Assembly: GCA_026991535.1 (NCBI GenBank)
Contig: JALXBH010000050.1
Location: 14,380-78,379, forward strand
Origin: Calditrichia bacterium
GTDB lineage: Bacteria > Calditrichota > Calditrichia > Calditrichales > J004
Length of the DNA stretch: 64,000 bases
Direction of reading: 5' to 3'
The notes under the pieces were generated by a model. The model was not told the origin of the DNA and did not search any database. It was given only the letters and a program-made list of their open reading frames with translations. Positions 57,895-64,000 of this stretch are shown here, one piece after another. How positions within the stretch are numbered: the stretch's first letter is position 1; the number at the start of each line of letters is the position of its first letter. Both the position numbers and the translations under genes were made by a program.

Positions 57895-59067
57895 ATGAAA
57901 AAAGTTATCCACAATTTATCAACAAGCAAAAATGGTATGTTTTACATACTGCTTTTTATGCTAACAAACATTCTTTTTTTAGCCTGCGGACAAGAAAAAA
58001 ATTGGGATGATGTGCTGGATTTGATGGTTGATTTGCCCGAAGAGGGCAGGCAAATCGCGGCGGAACGCTGGCTGGAGAGGCAGAATGCTTTTCCCCTGGT
58101 AGAGGACAGTACGGTTGTTTTTATTTACAGGAACCGCCGCGATATACCTGTTTTTTTGACGGGTGATTTTAACGGCTGGTCTGACAAGGCGGAACCCTTT
58201 TTGAAAATTATCGGCACGGATATCTATTACAGAAGACATTCGTTTAGACCGGACGCCCGAGTGGAATATAAAATTATTGCCGGCAAAAAATGGCTGTTGG
58301 ATTCATTGAACCACAATGTTGCCAGCGGAGGGTTTGGCAGCAATTCTGTTTTGTTTATGCCGGAATACCGTTTTCCCCGGGAAATATTACGTTTGCGAAA
58401 CAAGGCCTACACGAAACTGGACACCGTAAGCTTTAAGGCGGGTGGAGGGGAGTACAGGGGCTATGTATACCGGCATCCCGAAGCCGCGGAACAAGACCCG
58501 TTTATAGTATTCAATGACGGCGGCGATTATATACGTTTTGGTCAGGCAACGGTAATAATGGATAACCTTATCCGCGAGGGACGCCTGCCCGCTCTGAATG
58601 CTCTTTTTGTCGATCCTCTGGATCGCATGCGTGAGTTGCGCTTTGATGATGATTATTTAAAGCGTCTGTTACGGGAGATTGTGCCGGCCTGTTTAAAGCA
58701 ATATGCTTTAAGGCCTTCTCATATATATATGGGAGGCGCCTCGCTGGGAGGCTTGACCTCATTGTATGCTCTAAGGGATCATGGAACCATGCTGGAGGGG
58801 CTCTTTTCCCAGTCCGGCTCCTTTTGGGTTGACAGTTTGCGTATTGTTAAGGCGCTGGACAAAGCGGCGATCAAAGGAAAAAAAATCTATGTGTCCTATG
58901 GACTTTATGAGTCTCAGGACGAAAATCAAAAAAAGACGGTAAATTTTTTAAAAGAACAACAGGCCCGGCTAAAGGTTCAGGCCGTGGCCGACGGGCATAA
59001 CTGGGGAAACTGGAGCGGCACCCTGGGCAGCGCCCTGCGCTTTCTGTTATCCTCCGGGGAGAAGTAA
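57895..59067 (+). CDS. Esterase-family alpha/beta hydrolase lipoprotein with an N-terminal CBM48/E-set-like module
   Basis: Start reset to MKKVIHN...LFLACGQ (lipobox). N-terminal TGDFNGWSD...VEYKII module. Nucleophile elbow GGASLGG. Confidence 0.7.
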   Translation: MKKVIHNLSTSKNGMFYILLFMLTNILFLACGQEKNWDDVLDLMVDLPEEGRQIAAERWLERQNAFPLVEDSTVVFIYRNRRDIPVFLTGDFNGWSDKAEPFLKIIGTDIYYRRHSFRPDARVEYKIIAGKKWLLDSLNHNVASGGFGSNSVLFMPEYRFPREILRLRNKAYTKLDTVSFKAGGGEYRGYVYRHPEAAEQDPFIVFNDGGDYIRFGQATVIMDNLIREGRLPALNALFVDPLDRMRELRFDDDYLKRLLREIVPACLKQYALRPSHIYMGGASLGGLTSLYALRDHGTMLEGLFSQSGSFWVDSLRIVKALDKAAIKGKKIYVSYGLYESQDENQKKTVNFLKEQQARLKVQAVADGHNWGNWSGTLGSALRFLLSSGEK

Positions 59068-59068
59068 T

Positions 59069-59908
59069 ATGGTATATGATGAAATAGCACAACGCATGAA
59101 AAAACTGGGATTTACTCTGTATGAGTCCAAGGCCTATGTTTCGCTGTTGCAGCACAACCCGGCCACGCGTTACGAATTGAGCAAGCAATCCGGCGTGCCC
59201 CGTTCCGCTATTTACGACGTTATCCGCAAGCTGGAAAACATGGGCGCTGTCAACGGCACCTATACCGAGCCGCAAAAATATATGCCCCTGCCGCCGGATC
59301 AGCTGTTTGATTTGCTGGAACGGCAGTTTAAGCAACGCGTTTCGGAAGTGCGACAGGCCATGAAGCATTTTGAAATAGCCCTGGAACCGGGCCATCTGTG
59401 GAATATTGTCGGTTACGAAAACATGATACATAAAGCCCGAGAGATGATCGAGCGCGCCGAAAAGTCCATCTATATTTCCGTGTGGCAACAGGAAGCGGAT
59501 ATGTTGAAAAAGGAACTGGGCGCGGCTATAAAGCGCGGAGTAAAGATCATCGCTTTTTCCTTTACCACCATAGACCTGCCCACGGAATGCATCTATACCT
59601 ACGGCATTAATCAGGATGACATGGAAGCCTTTTGGGATCATAAGATCATACTGGTTGTGGATCAAAACGAACTGTTGATGGGCGAGGCCGACCGTAAGTT
59701 GCCCAAAAAAACAGCCTGGACCCACAATAAAGCGATCGTTGACATTGCCACCAACCACATCATTCTGGATATCACCCTGTTTGGTATGCGTAATAATATT
59801 GATGTTTCGGATACGGTGGTTTCCATGCAAAAAGCCACCTCGGATCATCTGCAGGAGTTGCTGGCCACCAGCACAAAGGAGACCATTCAGGTTAAGAACG
59901 GAAAATAA
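59069..59908 (+). CDS. TrmB-family sugar-responsive transcriptional regulator
   Basis: N-terminal winged helix LGFTLYESKAYVSLLQHNPATRYELSKQSGVPRSAIYDVIRKLENMG plus a C-terminal effector domain. Starts 2 nt after the esterase stop. Confidence 0.8.
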   Translation: MVYDEIAQRMKKLGFTLYESKAYVSLLQHNPATRYELSKQSGVPRSAIYDVIRKLENMGAVNGTYTEPQKYMPLPPDQLFDLLERQFKQRVSEVRQAMKHFEIALEPGHLWNIVGYENMIHKAREMIERAEKSIYISVWQQEADMLKKELGAAIKRGVKIIAFSFTTIDLPTECIYTYGINQDDMEAFWDHKIILVVDQNELLMGEADRKLPKKTAWTHNKAIVDIATNHIILDITLFGMRNNIDVSDTVVSMQKATSDHLQELLATSTKETIQVKNGK

Positions 59909-60300
59909 TGCCGCTTTTTTTCCTTCCCTGAAAAATGATAAGCGCACGGCCGATACAGATGAGCCCGCCGCGTTTTAATGATACGGTAATTTTGCGTTTT
60001 GCAAAACTTTTTTGATTACGTCTCATGTTGGTCACTTATATATAATGGGCGGGGGCGCTTTTTGTTTGAAAAGGATGTCATCGCTCGGAACGATAAAGAC
60101 CCATATTTCGAAACGTGCTTTTCCCGTCCCATAGTCCTAAGAAGGCAAAACCCCATTTTGACCTCAGGAAATTTTATAGTACATTCTTCATCATCTTCGC
60201 CGGCGCCGCCCGCGGGGAATTAAAAAGGTAAAACGCTATTTATGTGCTCTGCCTGGGCAATGGGGCCTATGACAGCTCAAACCCGGGCGGGTGATAATCC

Positions 60301-61800
60301 GTGAAAGTAAAACAGATGAAGCAGACAGGATTAAAGTATAAGTTTTTAATTTTCGGTACTCTTTTGGTTGTGGCCGTTGTTGTGGCGGGTCTGCTGGCCT
60401 TTAATATGTTGTTGGAGCGTTTTCCCGCTCAGCGGGAGTATCTTTTAATGGCATTGGCCCTCTTTTTTATAGTCAGTGGCATCGGTGCTCTTATACTTTT
60501 TTCCCATATTATGATTAAGCCGGTGATACACCTTACGGAAAAGGTGGATCGCGTACGTCGGGGAGAGATGGATGTGGATATCCGCGTGGCCGAGGATGGT
60601 CAGTTTATCGATGAGATGGACATGTTGTATAGCGGGTTTGCCCATATGGTGGCCTCTCTTAAGGATAATTTTTTACAATTAAGCCGGGCCAAGGAACAGG
60701 CTGAAGGGTTTTCCCGTGAACTGGAAAAAAGTAAAAGCAGACTGGAAGCTATCTTTAACGGTATTTCCGACGGCATTATGATTATCGATAAAGAGTATAA
60801 AATTGTAGCCCACAACAAAAAGATGAAAAATATTCTGGGTTTTTCCAAAGACAGGCTTGTGGGAGAGCAATGCTTCCAGATGTGTACGGGAACGCAGGAT
60901 AAGTGCGGTTTTTGCAATGCCGGTCGTGTTTTTGACAGCGGCCAGCCCATATTCACCTATTGCACCAAGGATGACCGTGAAAGCTGCGAAGAAAAGGTGT
61001 TTGAGGTCCACAATTTTCCCCTGTATGATAAAAACGGAGAAGTCCGTCAAATTGTGGAGTACGTAAAAGATGTTACGGACGCCACGCGCATGCGCAGCAA
61101 TCTGGAACATGCCCAAAGGCTGGCGGATATTGGTACCATGGCCGGCAAGGTGGCCCACGAGGTGCGTAATCCGTTGAATGCTATCCAGGGCGCGGCTCAC
61201 TACTTAAAGGGCGAGCTGGATAACGAGGAGGCCCGTAATTATCTCAACCTTATACAGGAACAGGTGGAGCGGGTTAACGGGGTGACCACACAACTCCTTT
61301 CACTTTCCAAGCCGATGACGCCGGTATTACAGCCGGGCAGCATTATAGAGGTGGTGGAGCGCGCCCTGCAGGTTACGCGTCCGCAACTGATGGCCCTTAA
61401 GGCCAATGTGGTGTATAAACCACCTAAATCAACGCCCAATCTTCTTATAAACGAAGGACAGTTGGAACAGGCGGTGATTAACATAATCCTGAATGCCGTG
61501 GAGGCCATGGATGGAACCGGCCAACCCGAGCTCCGCATCCGCTATCTTATAAACGAAGAGGCGGAAAGACCCAATGTGGAAATAGTCATAGAAGATAACG
61601 GCACGGGTTTAAAGGAAATTACCTATGATGACATTCTGAAACCCTTTTTTACCACCAAGGCCAAGGGAACGGGATTAGGGCTGACCATTGTGAAAAGAAT
61701 CGTCGATAATCATCACGGACAATTTACGCTTAAATCACGGACAGGACAAAAGGGGGCCGTGGCTGTTATAAGGCTGCCCATAGGCGGGGGAACGGTATGA
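60301..61800 (+). CDS. Sensor histidine kinase (2 TM, HAMP, PAS, HisKA, HATPase_c)
   Basis: H-box AHEVRNPLNAI, N-box IILNAVEAM, G-boxes EDNGTGL and GTGLGL. PAS-like region with a Cys cluster (CFQMCTGTQDKCGFC). GTG start; an ATG at 60316 is an alternative. Confidence 0.85.
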   Translation: MKVKQMKQTGLKYKFLIFGTLLVVAVVVAGLLAFNMLLERFPAQREYLLMALALFFIVSGIGALILFSHIMIKPVIHLTEKVDRVRRGEMDVDIRVAEDGQFIDEMDMLYSGFAHMVASLKDNFLQLSRAKEQAEGFSRELEKSKSRLEAIFNGISDGIMIIDKEYKIVAHNKKMKNILGFSKDRLVGEQCFQMCTGTQDKCGFCNAGRVFDSGQPIFTYCTKDDRESCEEKVFEVHNFPLYDKNGEVRQIVEYVKDVTDATRMRSNLEHAQRLADIGTMAGKVAHEVRNPLNAIQGAAHYLKGELDNEEARNYLNLIQEQVERVNGVTTQLLSLSKPMTPVLQPGSIIEVVERALQVTRPQLMALKANVVYKPPKSTPNLLINEGQLEQAVINIILNAVEAMDGTGQPELRIRYLINEEAERPNVEIVIEDNGTGLKEITYDDILKPFFTTKAKGTGLGLTIVKRIVDNHHGQFTLKSRTGQKGAVAVIRLPIGGGTV

Positions 61801-63200
61801 GTAACAAACCCAGAATTCTGGTAATTGATGATGAGCCGTCCATTTTAACGGTAATGAAAGCCAACCTTAAGCGGGAAGGCTATGAGGTGCATGTGGCCGA
61901 AAACGGACTTATTGGTTTTGAGAAAATAAAAAATGATGAGTTTGATACGGTTATTGCCGATTATCAGATGCCCAGAATGACCGGTATGCAGGTGCTGGAA
62001 GAGATGCAGTTGAAGCAGATCGACATCCCCATTATCATTGTTACCGCCCACGGTTCCATCGAACAGGCGGTGGACGCCATGCAAAAGGGGGCGCTTAACT
62101 ATCTTACCAAGCCGATAAATTATGATGAACTGGTCACCGTGGTGCGCAATGCCGTGCGGCAACAGGCATTGAAAAAAGAGGTAAAGCGCCTGCGCCGGGA
62201 AGTGGATTCGCGCTACAACTTTAGCAATATCATAGGGCAGAATGAACGGATGCGGGCTATTTTTGACCTGATTACCGATGTGGCCGATACCGATGCCACG
62301 GTGCTGATCCATGGTGAAACAGGCACGGGTAAGGAGTTAATTGCCAAGGCTATTCATTATAACAGCTACCGGGGCAATGAGTCCTTTGTGAGGGTAAATT
62401 GTGCCGCCCTGGCCGAAACGCTTTTGGAAAGCGAACTGTTCGGACATGAAAAAGGAGCCTTTACCGGAGCGCTGACTACAAGGATCGGTCGTTTTGAACA
62501 GGCCGATAAGGGAACGATTTTTCTGGATGAGGTGGGGGATATTTCTTCTTCCACGCAATCCAAGCTGTTGCGCGTATTGCAGGAACGGGAGTTTGAAAGG
62601 GTGGGCAGCAATGAAACCCGGCAGATCGATGTGCGGGTTATTGCCGCCACAAACCGCAAGCTGGAGCAGGATGTGGCCCGTAAGGAGTTTCGCCAGGATT
62701 TGTATTACCGCCTCAATGTGATTCCCATAGAGCTGCCGCCCCTGCGCGAGCGTGTAGACGACATCCCCCTGCTGGCGGTGCACTTTATGAACCGCTATGC
62801 CAAAAAATTTAAAAAAAATATAGAGGAGATCGATGCCCGCGCCGTGCAATTGTTAATGGCCCAAAGCTGGCCGGGCAATATCCGTCAACTGGAGAATGTG
62901 ATCGAGCGGGCCGTCATCAAGGAAAAAGGCGGCTGCCTGACGCGCGACACCCTTTCCACCTGTATCAGTTTGCCCAAGGCCCACAGCTACCAGTATTTTA
63001 TTAATGAGGAGTTGTCTTTTAATGAGCTTAAATCGGAATTGATTTCCAAATTTGAGCGTGAATATATTTCGCGCATTTTAAAAAGATATGACGGTAATAT
63101 CTCCCGGGCGGCCAGGCATGCCGGCATCCATTATAAAAATTTCTGTGATAAGATGAAGAAGTACGAAATCACCAAATGGGATTTTATACGCCAAAACTAA
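61797..63200 (+). CDS. Sigma-54-dependent response regulator (NtrC family)
   Basis: Receiver domain (ILVIDDEPSI), AAA+ domain (GETGTGKE) with the GAFTGA sigma-54 contact motif, and a C-terminal Fis-type HTH (GNISRAARHAGIHYKNF). Overlaps the kinase stop by 4 nt. Confidence 0.9.
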   Translation: MSNKPRILVIDDEPSILTVMKANLKREGYEVHVAENGLIGFEKIKNDEFDTVIADYQMPRMTGMQVLEEMQLKQIDIPIIIVTAHGSIEQAVDAMQKGALNYLTKPINYDELVTVVRNAVRQQALKKEVKRLRREVDSRYNFSNIIGQNERMRAIFDLITDVADTDATVLIHGETGTGKELIAKAIHYNSYRGNESFVRVNCAALAETLLESELFGHEKGAFTGALTTRIGRFEQADKGTIFLDEVGDISSSTQSKLLRVLQEREFERVGSNETRQIDVRVIAATNRKLEQDVARKEFRQDLYYRLNVIPIELPPLRERVDDIPLLAVHFMNRYAKKFKKNIEEIDARAVQLLMAQSWPGNIRQLENVIERAVIKEKGGCLTRDTLSTCISLPKAHSYQYFINEELSFNELKSELISKFEREYISRILKRYDGNISRAARHAGIHYKNFCDKMKKYEITKWDFIRQN

Positions 63201-63207
63201 GGTTCTT

Positions 63208-63225
63208 TTGCCACAGGTATGGCAA
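63208..63225. promoter_or_regulatory. Perfect inverted repeat TTGCCA-N6-TGGCAA (candidate enhancer-binding site; alternatively a weak terminator hairpin)
   Basis: Read directly from the sequence. It begins 8 nt after the activator stop codon and lies about 150 nt upstream of the -24/-12-like element. Confidence 0.3.
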
Positions 63226-63366
63226 TAATACCATAATATTTTCCTTTCTTTTCTTTTTGATCCTATTCCCGCTTTAATTTTATTGAAGAGCCCGTTCCTT
63301 GCTATTAGTGATATGCGGGTTGTTTTACGCCTGTTTAGTAATTTTATAAGCAGGGCGGGTTTCTTC

Positions 63367-63382
63367 TGGCATGAATCTTGAT
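63367..63382 (+). promoter_or_regulatory. Candidate sigma-54 (-24/-12) promoter for tusA and the dsrE-like gene
   Basis: TGGCATGAATCTTGAT compared with the consensus TGGCACG-N4-TTGCW. The GG at -24 and the spacing are correct, but the -12 element reads GA instead of GC. Lies 77 nt upstream of the tusA ATG. Confidence 0.35.
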
Positions 63383-63458
63383 ACATATCTCCCCGCCTGA
63401 CTAACTCCCTCATGTACAATAGTGTACGCTTTTTTAACCATATACCGGAGGATTTTAA

Positions 63459-63695
63459 ATGAGCGATGTACAAGCCAATATGGAACTGGATTGCCGCGGG
63501 CTAAACTGTCCGTTGCCGATTCTCAAAACCAAAAAAGCCATCGAGACCCTGAATACGGGCGATGTGCTTAAAATGGTGGCGACCGATCCCGGCTCCATAA
63601 ATGACATGACCGCCTGGACAAAGCGCACGGGTAACGAGTTGCTTTCTCATGAAGAGTCTGGCGACGAGTACGTATTTTTCATTCGTAAAAAGTAG
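63459..63695 (+). CDS. tusA: TusA-family sulfurtransferase
   Basis: 78 aa. Active-site motif DCRGLNCPLPILKTKKA. GGAGG Shine-Dalgarno upstream. Confidence 0.8.
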   Translation: MSDVQANMELDCRGLNCPLPILKTKKAIETLNTGDVLKMVATDPGSINDMTAWTKRTGNELLSHEESGDEYVFFIRKK

Positions 63696-63709
63696 AGGGG
63701 AGTTTTTAT

Positions 63710-64000
63710 ATGTCGGATACAAAAAAAATGGCTTTGATAGCCTCGCGTGGTACTCTGGATTGGGCTTATCCGCCCTTTATTCTGGCCTCCACCGCCGTGG
63801 CCATGGATATGGAAGTGCAGATATTTTTCACCTTTTACGGTTTGACCTTGTTAAAGAAAAAGCTGGACGCCAAGGTGGCTCCGCACTCCAATCCCTCCAT
63901 GCCCATGAAAATGCCTTTCGGGCCGAAATCCTTTAAAAATATCGAGTGGCCTATTCCCAACCTGATTTCATCCAACCTGCCCGGTTTTAATGATGTGGCT
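63710..64000 (+). CDS. DsrE/DsrF-like (DsrE2/COG2210-type) protein, 3' end outside the window
   Basis: Hand translation from ATG 63710 is open to the window end: MSDTKKMALIASRGTLDWAYPPFILASTAVAMDMEVQIFFTFYGLTLL.... This ORF is not in the track because it has no stop. AGAGGGGAG lies upstream. Confidence 0.6.
   Translation, partial: MSDTKKMALIASRGTLDWAYPPFILASTAVAMDMEVQIFFTFYGLTLLKKKLDAKVAPHSNPSMPMKMPFGPKSFKNIEWPIPNLISSNLPGFNDVA

Noticed and set aside
59999-60223. 74-aa ORF in the 392-nt trmB/kinase intergenic region
   Set aside because: It has no ribosome-binding site and no recognisable sequence. The Ser/Pro/Ala-rich tail is typical of a random reading frame. I treat it as non-coding spacer. 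A GTTTTGCAAAAC palindrome at 59996-60007 is present, but it is too short and AT-rich to interpret.
63649-63936. 95-aa plus-strand ORF listed in the track
   Set aside because: It starts inside tusA and its product is low-complexity. It overlaps a better ORF, in another frame from 63710, that has a Shine-Dalgarno and DsrE-like sequence.

Overview
This is a 64-kb chromosomal segment with about 57 protein genes and one tRNA. I saw no rRNA, CRISPR array, transposase or integrase. Three proteins carry NYPNPFNP-type type IX secretion (T9SS) C-terminal domains. A PorV/PorQ-like barrel and a SusC-like TonB-dependent receptor are also present. Together these suggest an FCB-superphylum organism (Bacteroidota/Ignavibacteriota/Calditrichota-like), which is an inference only.

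Layout:
- 1-12 kb: housekeeping operons on the minus strand (surE-guaA-glmS; tsaE-tsaB-rimI-accD) and a T9SS M6 metalloprotease.
- 12-14 kb: TRAP dctQM with no binding protein.
- 14.2-23 kb: a tightly coupled nine-gene plus-strand operon, consisting of an unknown permease, an ABC ATPase, a SpoIIM-like protein, a membrane protein, DUF4129-like, DUF4350-like, MoxR, DUF58 and RDD proteins. This system has no known function.
- 26.5-33.6 kb: a complete enterobacterial-style hisGDCB(fused)HAF-IE operon. It is preceded by a 24-codon leader ORF with five consecutive His codons and an intrinsic terminator. This attenuator is too short to appear in the ORF track.
- 35-60 kb: an alpha-glucan island. It holds two GH13 lipoproteins and an arsC-family/glgC/orphan 605-aa operon. 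It also holds an operon encoding GH13, a SurA-like PPIase, a SusC-like receptor, a 1227-aa Ca-loop/FN3 protein, a PorV-like protein and a protein with five CBM20-like modules and a T9SS tail. An SSF symporter, a CBM48-esterase and a TrmB regulator complete the island.
- 60-64 kb: a PAS histidine kinase and a sigma-54 (GAFTGA) activator next to tusA and a DsrE-like gene truncated by the window edge, with a candidate UAS and -24/-12 promoter.

Most track ORFs that lie antisense to these genes are shadow ORFs.
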